Shown piece after piece: positions 35,572-44,694 of a stretch of 64,000 nucleotides of DNA. The number at the start of each line of letters is the position of its first letter. Positions within the stretch are counted from its first letter, which is position 1. A model generated the notes under the pieces. It saw only the letters and a program-made list of their open reading frames with translations, did not search any database and had not been told where the DNA came from. The stretch covers positions 660 to 64,659 of the forward strand of contig WJMT01000102.1 of assembly GCA_014727835.1 (NCBI GenBank), written 5' to 3'. This DNA comes from Candidatus Aminicenantes bacterium. GTDB lineage: Bacteria; Acidobacteriota; Aminicenantia; Aminicenantales; Aminicenantaceae. A program made the translations under genes and the position numbers.

Positions 35572-37236
35572 TTATGACTCGGAGGCGCGCTCCAGTTTCT
35601 TCATCACAGAGAAAATGAGGGTAGCTGAGATCAGACACATCACGATCAACAACAGGAAAAACTGCCAAACTTCCCATCTGTCCCAGAAGTATCCGATGAA
35701 TCCAGCCAAAGCATTTCCTATGGCTGTGGCAGCCAGCCAACCGCCCTGCATCGTGCCTTTGTATTTGGGGGGGCTGACTTTGGAAACAAAAGAGATCCCC
35801 ATAGGGGAAAGACAGAGTTCCGCGATGGTGACCGAAAAATAGGTGGCGATCAACCAGTAAGGAGAAATGAGCATGGGAGAAACACTTCCCTGCAGTTCAG
35901 CTGGTGCAGGCAGATTTCGAGAAGCCACCAGCATGATGCCGAATGAGAATGCGGTAAGGATCATCCCAATCCCGATTTTTTTAGGGGTGCTGGGTTCTTT
36001 CCCCCTTTTTTGGAGGAAACTGAAAAAACCGATCACAACCGGGGTCAGAAACACAATAAAGATAGGATTGAAATGCTGGAACAGCTGAGGGCTGATAGAC
36101 ATGGTCGGATCAAACCCATTGACTACAAAATAAGTCAACAAGCCTCCTCCGACTAGAAGCGCAAAACCGATACCTTTGGTTGACAGCTTGCTTTTTTTCC
36201 GAATCAGAAGGACCAGCCCGATGATAGCAGCAAGAAAGGGCAGAAACGATCCGAGGTTAAAAAAGGTGTATGTAACGTTGCTGACCTCGCTGACTGTGTA
36301 GTCTCTGGCAAACATACTGAGGGTGAAGCCGTTCTGGTGAAAGCTCATCCAGAAGAAAATGACCACGAAGAACACAAAGAAAAGGGCAAACAGACGGTCT
36401 CTTGTCTGCTGTTTGGTCAATATGATCATCTTGTCTTTGTGCTCCACAGAAGCCTCTTTTTGTTTTTCGGTCAAATCAGCATGTTTGTAGTATTTTTTAA
36501 ATCCGACAAAGATCAAAAAAGACGCCACAATACTCAGTGCTGTGATGGCAAAAGCCGCATTGTAAGATTTGCTCAGAGTTTCAATATACATTTGCGAAAA
36601 GGAAGTCAGGTCTGTAAAGCTGCTTCCCAGTTGAGCTTTGGCCAGAGAAATGAGCTCTGATGTATCTGTGAGGGCTCCGTCAAGAAACTGATGGGCCAGA
36701 GCAGGTATCCGTGCATTATAAGTGAGACCTGAATTCTCCAAAATCAAATTACTGATTCCAGTGGCAGCATGAGGAGCAAAAAAAGCGCCCACATTGATGC
36801 CCATATAGAAGATGTTAAAGGCAAAGTCACGGTTTTTCTCGTATTTGGGATCATCATAGAGATTACCCACCAGAGCTTGGAGGTTTCCTTTAAAAAATCC
36901 GGTCCCCATGCAAATGATACCAAGGGCAACAAAAAGAACCACCTGACCGAATCCGGGCAGAGCCATGAGCCCATAACCCAGGAACATTAAAACCGTTCCC
37001 AGCGTGATGGTCTTTCCGTATCCGATGACCCGGTCAGCCAGCCAGCCGCCTAATAAGGGGAAGAAATAGATGCCGAACAGAAATGTCCCGTAGACAGCTC
37101 CTGCTTGAGTGGCTGTATAACCAAATTTTGCCTGAATATAATAAACGAAAATGGCCAACATGGTGTAGAAACCAAACCGTTCCCCCATGTTGGTGAAAAA
37201 GGCAACAAACAGACCTTTAGGATGATCTTTTAACAC
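35572..37236 (-). CDS. POT/PTR2-family proton-dependent di/tripeptide transporter
   Basis: GERFGFYTM and FFPLLGGWLADR PTR2 signatures; about 14 TM helices. GTG start with AAGGAGG 4 nt upstream. Confidence 0.9.
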   Translation of the reverse strand: MLKDHPKGLFVAFFTNMGERFGFYTMLAIFVYYIQAKFGYTATQAGAVYGTFLFGIYFFPLLGGWLADRVIGYGKTITLGTVLMFLGYGLMALPGFGQVVLFVALGIICMGTGFFKGNLQALVGNLYDDPKYEKNRDFAFNIFYMGINVGAFFAPHAATGISNLILENSGLTYNARIPALAHQFLDGALTDTSELISLAKAQLGSSFTDLTSFSQMYIETLSKSYNAAFAITALSIVASFLIFVGFKKYYKHADLTEKQKEASVEHKDKMIILTKQQTRDRLFALFFVFFVVIFFWMSFHQNGFTLSMFARDYTVSEVSNVTYTFFNLGSFLPFLAAIIGLVLLIRKKSKLSTKGIGFALLVGGGLLTYFVVNGFDPTMSISPQLFQHFNPIFIVFLTPVVIGFFSFLQKRGKEPSTPKKIGIGMILTAFSFGIMLVASRNLPAPAELQGSVSPMLISPYWLIATYFSVTIAELCLSPMGISFVSKVSPPKYKGTMQGGWLAATAIGNALAGFIGYFWDRWEVWQFFLLLIVMCLISATLIFSVMKKLERASES

Positions 37237-37362
37237 GGTTCCTCCTTTTCTTGCCAGTTTTTCTGGTCATTTTTCTTATTTGCTATTTTTTGAGCGACTT
37301 TAATGACCATATTACATTTATAAAATGCATTCCGTCAATTAAAAATTTAGGACAACAGGTTT

Positions 37363-37686
37363 CTAACCTGGATTGACCAAAATATCACGGTATTTTTTAT
37401 GTTTCCTTACATACATGGCCACATAAGAACAACTGGGGATCACAGAAAAATTGTTTTCCCGGGCATAGTCCAGTGCGGTTTGAGTGAGTTTGTCGGCGAT
37501 GCCTTTATTGCGGAATTCCGGAGGCACATACACATGAGCATAGTCCAATATTCTTGGTTCTGGTTTTTCATAGGAAAGATAACCGATTTTTTTGTCCAGC
37601 CTCACGGCAAACCGCCTTGCCGTACGTTCATGACGCACAATCATTGACTGGAGATCAAAATGCATCATTTTAGAGTCACGATTCAT
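37363..37686 (-). CDS. small GNAT-like acetyltransferase (YjdJ-type single domain)
   Basis: HVYVPPEFRNKGIADKLTQTALDYARENNFSVIPSCSYV matches the short GNAT_acetyltran family pattern. Start overlaps the sdhB end by 11 nt. Confidence 0.75.
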   Translation of the reverse strand: MNRDSKMMHFDLQSMIVRHERTARRFAVRLDKKIGYLSYEKPEPRILDYAHVYVPPEFRNKGIADKLTQTALDYARENNFSVIPSCSYVAMYVRKHKKYRDILVNPG

Positions 37687-38395
37687 GTTTTTTGATGTCC
37701 TTTTTGGTGAGATTGATGAGTTTTGTGACTTTTATATTCCGAGGGCAGACCTGAGTGCAGTTGAAATAATTTTGGCAGGACCAAACACCGTTCGGAGAAT
37801 TCAGTTCAGAAAGTCTTTGTTCAAAACCGTCATCTCTGGAATCAAACAGAAAACGGGCAGCCTGGACAATGGAGGCCGGCCCGATGTATTGAGGATTTTC
37901 CTTTTGGATAACAGGGCAAGCAGAATAACAGGAAGCACAGAGAATGCATTTGGTGGCATCATCTATTTTTTTTCTTTGTTCAGGACTCTGCACGCTTTCC
38001 TTTGAGACGGCCTTTTTTTTGGTGATGAAAAAAGGTTTGACCTGCCGGTAGCTGTTGATAAATTTCTTTTGGTCCACCATGAGGTCTCTTTGAACTGGCA
38101 GGGTGCGCAGAGGTTCGATCCGAATGCAAGCACCTTCCTTGTCTGCAATGGTTTTGATCAGAGTTTTGCAGGCAAGTCTCTCCTTTCCGTTCACTACAAT
38201 GGCATCTGATCCGCATACTCCGTGGCCGCAGCTTTTTCTGAAGCTGAGAGAAGGATCGAACTTTCTTTTGATATCCATAAGCACATCAAGAAGCCGGTCG
38301 TTTGGATCACCATTGACTTTGTATTTTTGGTAAAAAGGTTTTTTATTTTTTTCTGGATTGGAGCGTTTGATCTCAATGTTGAGTTTCATAATCAA
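37676..38395 (-). CDS. sdhB: succinate dehydrogenase/fumarate reductase iron-sulfur subunit
   Basis: 2Fe-2S CGHGVCGSD..C, 4Fe-4S CILCASCYSACP, 3Fe-4S C..CTQVCP. Confidence 0.92.
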   Translation of the reverse strand: MIMKLNIEIKRSNPEKNKKPFYQKYKVNGDPNDRLLDVLMDIKRKFDPSLSFRKSCGHGVCGSDAIVVNGKERLACKTLIKTIADKEGACIRIEPLRTLPVQRDLMVDQKKFINSYRQVKPFFITKKKAVSKESVQSPEQRKKIDDATKCILCASCYSACPVIQKENPQYIGPASIVQAARFLFDSRDDGFEQRLSELNSPNGVWSCQNYFNCTQVCPRNIKVTKLINLTKKDIKKHES

Positions 38396-38410
38396 TGATA
38401 AACATCCTTC

Positions 38411-40147
38411 CTAATACACACGGGGCTTGGGTTTCCATTTGTCGATATCAACGGATTTGGCCCCAAACGAGACCCGGTCATCTTTGAGCCAGGACAAGGT
38501 GTGTTTGAGCCAATTCTCGTCATCCCTCTCCGGATGATCCTCCCGGGCATGAGCTCCTCTGGATTCTTTTCTTTCTAAAGCGCAGGATACAGACAAATAA
38601 GCAAGATCAAGGAGGTTGCCTAGTTCTAATATCTCGAGCAGATGCGTGTTGAACGGCTTGCTGTCATCCTGGAGCTGTACTTTTTTATAGTCCTCCCTGA
38701 GATCTTGAATCAGGGCCAGGGCTTTTTCCATATGTTTTCCGTTTCGGAAAACACCCGCGTTTTGGGTCATGGTTTTCTGTAATTTCAAACGAATTTCTTC
38801 AGGACAAGCTCCTTTCCCTCTTTGTTTGAGTTTTTCGATCTGCGCTTCAATTTGCTTGGCTCTTTTTTTTGGAAAATCAGCAAAATCAGCATCTTTGACA
38901 AACTCTGCCATCTCAATGCCGGCTCGTTTCCCGAACACAATCAAGTCCACCAGACTATTTGTGCCCAGACGATTGGCCCCATGGACTGATACACAGGCGC
39001 ATTCCCCTGCTGCATACAGTCCTTCATAAAAAGACCCTTTTCCATCTGCGGCTACCTTTCCGTTTTGGTCAGTAGGGATCCCTCCCATAGCATAATGGGC
39101 TGTAGGCTGGACAGGAATGGGTTTTTCCGCTGGATCGATCCCCAGATAAGTCCTGCTGAAATCCGCAATTTCCGGCAGTTTCTCTTCAATGACATCTTTT
39201 CCTAAATGAGTGGCATCGAGATGAACAAAGTCATCAATAGAGCGGTCCCCTTTGATTCCTTTTCCCCTTCGGATCTCTTTCATGATAGCCCGGGCCACCA
39301 TATCACGAGGAGCCAGGTCGAGAAGCTTGGGTGCGTACTTCTCCATAAACCGGTCTCCATCCTGGTTTCTAAGGATGCCTCCTTCTCCTCTCACTCCTTC
39401 GGTGATCAGGATGCCCATTCCATAGATTCCGGTGGGATGAAATTGAAAAAATTCCAGGTCTTCCAGAGGCACCCCTTTTCTCAGGCAAAGGGCGGGACCG
39501 TCTCCGGTGTTGGCATAAGCATTGGATGTGATGCGGAACATGCGTCCGAATCCTCCGGTGGCAAACAAAATAGCTTTAGCTTTGAAGGTGTGGACTTCTC
39601 CTGTGGCCAGCTCCAGGGCTAGGATTCCTCCGCACTTTTTTTGATCAAAAACCAGGTCAACAACCTGGAATTCATTAAAAAAGGACACCTGGTTTTTAAT
39701 GCACTGCTGATAAAGGGTTTGAAGGATCATATGTCCTGTTCTGTCTGCTGCATAACAAGCTCTGCGGACTGGGGCTTCCCCGAAATTCCGGGTGTGGCCT
39801 CCGAATCGTCTCTGATCGATCAAGCCCTCAGGAGTTCGATTGAACGGGAGGCCCCGGTTTTCAAGGTCATAGACCGCTTGCACAGCTGTTTCGGCCAGGA
39901 TGCTGGCCGCCTTCTGGTCCACCAGATAGTCTCCCCCTTTGACTGTATCAAAAGCATGCCACTCAGGTTTGTCTTCCTCCACATTCCCCAGTGCTGCGCT
40001 GATGCCCCCCTGTGCAGCTCCTGTATGAGAGCGGATGGGATAGAGCTTGGAGAGAACCGCTGTTTTGGCTTTTTTGCTGGCTTCCAGAGCCGCATACAGT
40101 CCGGCTCCCCCGGCTCCGATGATGATGACTTCATATTCGTGGATCAA
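38411..40147 (-). CDS. sdhA: succinate dehydrogenase/fumarate reductase flavoprotein subunit
   Basis: FAD fold IIIGAGGAGLYAA, plus HPTG, RGEGG and HYAMGG. The track ORF begins at a GTG at 40204. I prefer the TTG at 40147 because AGAAGG lies 6 nt upstream and a promoter-like element sits inside the longer version. Confidence 0.92.
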   Translation of the reverse strand: MIHEYEVIIIGAGGAGLYAALEASKKAKTAVLSKLYPIRSHTGAAQGGISAALGNVEEDKPEWHAFDTVKGGDYLVDQKAASILAETAVQAVYDLENRGLPFNRTPEGLIDQRRFGGHTRNFGEAPVRRACYAADRTGHMILQTLYQQCIKNQVSFFNEFQVVDLVFDQKKCGGILALELATGEVHTFKAKAILFATGGFGRMFRITSNAYANTGDGPALCLRKGVPLEDLEFFQFHPTGIYGMGILITEGVRGEGGILRNQDGDRFMEKYAPKLLDLAPRDMVARAIMKEIRRGKGIKGDRSIDDFVHLDATHLGKDVIEEKLPEIADFSRTYLGIDPAEKPIPVQPTAHYAMGGIPTDQNGKVAADGKGSFYEGLYAAGECACVSVHGANRLGTNSLVDLIVFGKRAGIEMAEFVKDADFADFPKKRAKQIEAQIEKLKQRGKGACPEEIRLKLQKTMTQNAGVFRNGKHMEKALALIQDLREDYKKVQLQDDSKPFNTHLLEILELGNLLDLAYLSVSCALERKESRGAHAREDHPERDDENWLKHTLSWLKDDRVSFGAKSVDIDKWKPKPRVY

Positions 40148-40172
40148 TGTCAGCCTTCTTAAGAATGCTTCC

Positions 40173-40201
40173 ACTCTAGAGGCATCTGCTGTTTTTGTCA
40201 A
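40173..40201 (-). promoter_or_regulatory. sigma70-like promoter for sdhAB
   Basis: Minus strand: TTGACA (40201-40196), 17-nt spacer, TAGAGT (40178-40173). Confidence 0.35.
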
Positions 40202-40350
40202 CACCTATTCGGTTGACCTCAAGACAATCCTCTGGGCTTGACTTTTGATTGTTTTGCATTTAATCTTCCAGCGGGGATAGGCAAAAACATTCCCGATTGA
40301 GGACAAAACCTGATTTCTTTAAAAACAACTGTGTCATAGAGGATTGCACC

Positions 40351-41766
40351 ATGAGAACAGAAAAAGACTCCCTTGGGGAGAAGAAGGTTCCCCAGGAGGT
40401 GTATTATGGAATACAAACACAGCGGGCTCTGGATAATTTTCCCATCAGCGGATTGAAACCGCATTCCGCGATGGTGAAAAGTATGGTTCTGATCAAAAAA
40501 GCAGCTGCACTGAGCCATTATGAGCTGGCAAGGATGGGTCAGACCAAAAAAGAAGCGATTGTCAAAGCCTGTGATGAAATTCTTGAGGGAAAGTTGAGAG
40601 ACCAGTTTGTGGTAGATGTGTTTCAGATGGGAGCTGGCACCTCTTTCCATATGAACTGTAATGAAGTTATTGCCAACCGGGCAGAGGAGATTTTGGGAGG
40701 AAACAAGGGGGAATACCGGATGATTCATCCTAACGACCATGTGAACATGGGGCAGAGCACCAATGATGTGTTTCCCACTACCATGCGTTTGGCTGCTCTT
40801 TTTCTGCTCAAAAGCAAGCTGTGGGATTCCCTTGAGGACTTAATCCAATCTTTTTACCGGAAAGCAGATGAATTTGACCGCATTTTGAAATCAGGAAGGA
40901 CTCATCTTCAGGATGCAGCACCTGTAAGACTGGGACAGGAGTTTATGGCCTATGGGAAGGCGATGGAAAAGACAAAAAATTTCCTTAAATATGCGTCTGA
41001 ATCCCTGTTAGAACTCGGGATCGGAGGAAGTGCTGTGGGCACGGGACTGAACACATTACTGGGATACAGGGAAAAAGTGGTGAAAACATTATCAGATTTA
41101 ACAGGTTTTCCTTTGGTCCAGTCAGAGGATCTCTGTGAAGCCATGCAGAGCATGAGGCCTCTGACAGAAATATCTTCGGCTCTCCGGAATGTGGGAATTG
41201 AAATGATAAGAATATCCAATGACCTGCGTCTGCTTTCTTCAGGGCCTCAAACATGTATAGCAGAAATAAAACTTCCTGCTGTGGCACCCGGGTCTTCCAT
41301 CATGCCCGGTAAAGTGAATCCTTCCATACTGGAGATGATGAACATGGTTGGATTTCAGGTCATGGGATGTGACACAGTTGTCATCACCGCAGCACAAGCA
41401 GGTCAGCTAGAGGTCAATGTGATGATGCCGGTGATCGCATTCAATGTGAATTTTATGATCGAGATTCTGGGGAATGCTCTCAGGCAGGTTAAGGGCAGAT
41501 GCGTGGATGGGATTAAAGCAGACCCGGAGACATGCAGAGCTTATGCGGAAAAAAGCATGGGAATGGCCACAGCTCTGTCTCCTTACATCGGTTATCAGAA
41601 AGCAGCAGAGATTGCAAAGGAGGCTTTGTCTCAAAAAAAGACATTGATACAGGTGGTTGAAGAGAAAAACCTGCTGAGCAGGGAACAGATCAAACGAATT
41701 TTAGATCCGGAGAACATGACGAAACCGGGGGTGGCGGGCCAGAAAAAAGAAGATGAAAATTCATAG
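40351..41766 (+). CDS. aspA: aspartate ammonia-lyase-like enzyme (class II fumarase/aspartase superfamily)
   Basis: GSSIMPGKVNP signature. KGEYRMIHPNDHVNMGQSTND, SNDLRLLSSGP and AAQAGQLEVNVMMPVI resemble E. coli AspA more than FumC, from my recollection of both sequences. ATG 40351 has GAGGA upstream; the track's TTG at 40297 is rejected. Confidence 0.8.
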   Translation: MRTEKDSLGEKKVPQEVYYGIQTQRALDNFPISGLKPHSAMVKSMVLIKKAAALSHYELARMGQTKKEAIVKACDEILEGKLRDQFVVDVFQMGAGTSFHMNCNEVIANRAEEILGGNKGEYRMIHPNDHVNMGQSTNDVFPTTMRLAALFLLKSKLWDSLEDLIQSFYRKADEFDRILKSGRTHLQDAAPVRLGQEFMAYGKAMEKTKNFLKYASESLLELGIGGSAVGTGLNTLLGYREKVVKTLSDLTGFPLVQSEDLCEAMQSMRPLTEISSALRNVGIEMIRISNDLRLLSSGPQTCIAEIKLPAVAPGSSIMPGKVNPSILEMMNMVGFQVMGCDTVVITAAQAGQLEVNVMMPVIAFNVNFMIEILGNALRQVKGRCVDGIKADPETCRAYAEKSMGMATALSPYIGYQKAAEIAKEALSQKKTLIQVVEEKNLLSREQIKRILDPENMTKPGVAGQKKEDENS

Positions 41767-41804
41767 GCCTATTTCTATAAATATTGATTGAGGAGAGATC
41801 AAAC

Positions 41805-43580
41805 ATGAAAAAATGGAAGTGTACAGTCTGTGGGTACATATATGATGAGGCCAAAGAAAAAACTCCTTTTGAAGAGCTTCCGGATGACTGGACATGCCCT
41901 CAATGCGGGGCGCCGAAATCAGCATTTATCCCAATAGAGGGAACAAAAAAAGAAGACAAAGCAGAGGCCAGCGTGGCTGAGAAAATCGTGGAACAGCTGA
42001 TCGCCTATGGAGTGAGCCGTGTGTTCGGGATCCCGGGACATTCAAACTTGCCTTTAACAGAGGCTATACGGAAAAATCCGGATATGGACTTGATCTTAAC
42101 CCGTCATGAAGAATCCGCTGCATTCATGGCATCTGCACATGCCAAGCTCACGGGTGAACTCGGAGTCTGCATGTCCATTGCAGGGCCTGGAGCCACTAAT
42201 CTCATAACCGGTATTGTGGATGCAGCAACAGACAGGGCTCCTGTTCTAGCCTTGCTGGGACAGGTCCCCAAAGTATTTCTGGGAAGTGAATCACTTCAGG
42301 AGATTGCAGAAGTGGATATTTTCAAAACCTTTTGTGTTTATGCAGAGCTGATATCCAATCCGGGTCAGGCCTTGAAAGTATTGAACCAGGGGATTAAAAA
42401 AGCTTATGCAGCTCCTGGCCCTTCTGCTTTGAGCCTCCCCACGGATGTTCTGGAGGAATCGCTGGGGGAAAAGATTTGGGAACCCAAGCATCATCTGTTT
42501 TGTCCGGACCTCTCTCCCGGAGACGAGGTAAAAAAAGCAGCTGAATTGATAAAAAAAAGCAAGCGGCCCCTTCTTTTTGCCGGATGGGGAGCCCGTGGTT
42601 GCGGTTCAGAACTCATAAAGCTAGCCAGACATATAGGGGCACCTATTGCCACCACATCAAGAGCAAAAGGAGTGGTTCCAGAATCCGATGAACTTGTTTT
42701 GGGAGTGCTGGGTTCCATCGGGAACAGTTTTGCTCCAAGAATCGTGGCCCGATCTGACTTGATCATCATCTTGGGCAGCGGATTCAGGCAGCGTCAGCTG
42801 GTCCCGGATGTGGATGTGATCCAGGTTGATATCGATGCCACCAGGGTGGGCAAGACATTTCCTGTGAAGCTGGGCATAGTGGGAGATGCCTCGCGGGTGG
42901 TAAAAATGCTGAACCGGGAAACTGAAGAAAGAAAGATGGAGGAGGAATTTAGAAAGGCAGTGAATAAAGCAAACAAGGACTATCAGGCGGTTCTCAAAAA
43001 AGATGCTGAAAACAAACAAAAACCCATTTATCCCGGTGCTGTAGTCCAAGCTCTGAAAAGACAGCTGGCAGACGATGCGCTCATCTGTTCCGATGTGGGA
43101 GATCACACCTACTGGTTCTACAAAAGATTTGTCTGTGAAGCCCAGCAAACACTTTTTTGTGCCAATATGGCGGGAATGGGCTTTGGGATCCCAGCTGCCA
43201 TTGCCTGTCAGATGGAACAACCCAATCGCCAGGTGGTGGCTTATGCAGGAGACGGAGGATTTGGTATGGTGGGGATGGAATTCACCACAGCTGTGCACAA
43301 CAGACTTCCTCTCACGGTGGTGGTCCTCAATGATGGGAAACTGAAAAACATCAAAAAAGAACAGGAGGAATACGGGTATCCTGAATATAGAGTCAGTTTT
43401 CCCAATCCAAACCTGGCGGATATGGCCTCCTCGTGTGGAGGTTTGGGGATCAGGGTGAAAGAGCCTCAACAACTGGATAAGGCGTTGAGAGAAGCTCTGG
43501 ATTCGTCCTTGACTGCTTTAGTGGAAGTCATTGTTGATCCGAATGAATACATTTCAGCGGTCCGCCGGCAAGAGATGTGA
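41805..43580 (+). CDS. rubredoxin domain fused to a pyruvate oxidase/acetolactate synthase-family TPP enzyme
   Basis: GAGGAG SD. N-terminus [12 protein letters not shown]...[12 protein letters not shown] is a rubredoxin CxxCG...CPxCG motif. Then [33 protein letters not shown] and GDGGFGM...LNDG (TPP-binding motif). Lies 38 nt after the aspA-like gene. Confidence 0.88.
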   Translation: MKKWKCTVCGYIYDEAKEKTPFEELPDDWTCPQCGAPKSAFIPIEGTKKEDKAEASVAEKIVEQLIAYGVSRVFGIPGHSNLPLTEAIRKNPDMDLILTRHEESAAFMASAHAKLTGELGVCMSIAGPGATNLITGIVDAATDRAPVLALLGQVPKVFLGSESLQEIAEVDIFKTFCVYAELISNPGQALKVLNQGIKKAYAAPGPSALSLPTDVLEESLGEKIWEPKHHLFCPDLSPGDEVKKAAELIKKSKRPLLFAGWGARGCGSELIKLARHIGAPIATTSRAKGVVPESDELVLGVLGSIGNSFAPRIVARSDLIIILGSGFRQRQLVPDVDVIQVDIDATRVGKTFPVKLGIVGDASRVVKMLNRETEERKMEEEFRKAVNKANKDYQAVLKKDAENKQKPIYPGAVVQALKRQLADDALICSDVGDHTYWFYKRFVCEAQQTLFCANMAGMGFGIPAAIACQMEQPNRQVVAYAGDGGFGMVGMEFTTAVHNRLPLTVVVLNDGKLKNIKKEQEEYGYPEYRVSFPNPNLADMASSCGGLGIRVKEPQQLDKALREALDSSLTALVEVIVDPNEYISAVRRQEM

Positions 43581-43584
43581 AGGG

Positions 43585-43613
43585 TTGACAGCTGGGAAAA
43601 CAGTTAGTATTCT
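43585..43613 (+). promoter_or_regulatory. sigma70-like promoter for the DUF2769-like/cytochrome operon
   Basis: TTGACA (43585-43590), 17-nt spacer, TATTCT (43608-43613). Confidence 0.4.
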
Positions 43614-43694
43614 TATAGGAAAAGTTAAGAAAAAAAAAGTTTGCATAAATTGAAAAAACAGGTAACATAATGACAAAGAGAGGGAGGGAATAGC

Positions 43695-43919
43695 ATGCCT
43701 CAAGTCAATGACACCCAAGAAAATTTGCAGAAATGCATTTGTGGTCAGTGTCCTTCATACAATCAATGTATGGGAGATAAGACCGAAGGACTGTATTGTG
43801 CAAGAGGAAAAAGCTCTTGTGAATTTGAAAAGAACGGTTGTGTGTGTGGAGCCTGTCCCCTGACTTCAGAATATGGACTTGAACAGCTGTATTACTGCGA
43901 GATCGGAAGAGACGAATAA
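43695..43919 (+). CDS. small cytoplasmic Cys-rich protein, DUF2769-like
   Basis: GAGGGAGGG SD. 74 aa with no signal peptide. Cys skeleton CICGQCPSY..C..YC..C..GCVCGACP..YYC. Confidence 0.7.
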   Translation: MPQVNDTQENLQKCICGQCPSYNQCMGDKTEGLYCARGKSSCEFEKNGCVCGACPLTSEYGLEQLYYCEIGRDE

Positions 43920-43931
43920 ATCCAAATCAAC

Positions 43932-44648
43932 ATGAGTCTGTTTCTTTTTAAATCCATGCTGGCTGTTGTTTTTTTTGCCGCAGCTGTAACTGCTGTCATA
44001 AGTATGCTGACCCTAATGGGAAGGCAGGAAAAAAAGATCAGCTCAAAAGGATTGAGACAAATCCATAGAGCTGCAGGCTACACCTTTTTCATCTTTTTGA
44101 TAGGGATTTCCATCATTTGCATTCATTATGTGGCCAAAGTGGGGGATGCCCTTTCATTCAGGGCTTTCACACACAGTGTATTAGCGCTGGCTCTTTTTGT
44201 CATTTTAGTGCTCAAGATGTCTATTGTGCGGTTCTTTAAAGGATTTCTCAAAATCGCTCCTCAATTGGGGATGATGGTTTTTGTGTTGGCCTTTTTGGTT
44301 TTTTCCACTTCAGCCGGATTTTTTTTCCTCATGACCTTCAGTTCTGTCAAGAGTCAAGAGGAGACATCAATGCAGACACCGGTTTCTGAGAATGGCCCTA
44401 TAGAGAGAGGCACCACCCTGTTCCAGAATAAATGTATGTCCTGTCACTATCCGGATAAGGAAAAAAACAAATCAGGCCCCGGGCTCAAGAATCTATTTCA
44501 AAAAGAAAAACTTCCTTTCAGCAACAAACCTGTTACAGAAGCGAACGTACTCGGTCAGCTGCAGAGGCCTGCTCTGGTCATGCCTTCCTTCCCTTCTCTT
44601 TCAGAGCAGGAACAGGCCGACCTGATTGCTTATTTAAAGACACTTTAA
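43932..44648 (+). CDS. four-TM membrane protein fused to a C-terminal monohaem class I-like cytochrome c domain
   Basis: Four hydrophobic helices carry His residues (QIHRAAGY, CIHYVA, FTHSVLA). C-terminal domain has CMSCH, GPGLKN and LVMPSF. Starts 12 nt after the upstream gene. Confidence 0.75.
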   Translation: MSLFLFKSMLAVVFFAAAVTAVISMLTLMGRQEKKISSKGLRQIHRAAGYTFFIFLIGISIICIHYVAKVGDALSFRAFTHSVLALALFVILVLKMSIVRFFKGFLKIAPQLGMMVFVLAFLVFSTSAGFFFLMTFSSVKSQEETSMQTPVSENGPIERGTTLFQNKCMSCHYPDKEKNKSGPGLKNLFQKEKLPFSNKPVTEANVLGQLQRPALVMPSFPSLSEQEQADLIAYLKTL

Positions 44649-44694
44649 AAATATCATAACTTTGCATTCAAATATGAATAAAAATGGAGGCAAC

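Noticed and set aside
40147-40204. Possible twin-arginine (Tat) signal FLRRLTLI at the extended SdhA N-terminus, which would suggest a periplasmic MFR-type enzyme
   Set aside because: The RR is followed immediately by the FAD-binding fold (EVIIIGAGGAG). There is no hydrophobic h-region or AxA site. The extension itself is probably untranslated, given the promoter-like TTGACA/TAGAGT and the better TTG start at 40147.
40219-40740. 173-aa minus-strand ORF overlapping the 5' part of the aspartase-like gene and the sdhA-aspA spacer
   Set aside because: It overlaps a strongly supported plus-strand gene, has an odd composition and shows no family resemblance. The spacer is better explained by divergent promoters.
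42657-43472. 271-aa minus-strand ORF inside the rubredoxin-TPP gene
   Set aside because: The sense frame contains the TPP-binding GDGGFGM...LNDG motif and full domain order. The antisense product has no motifs and no start context.
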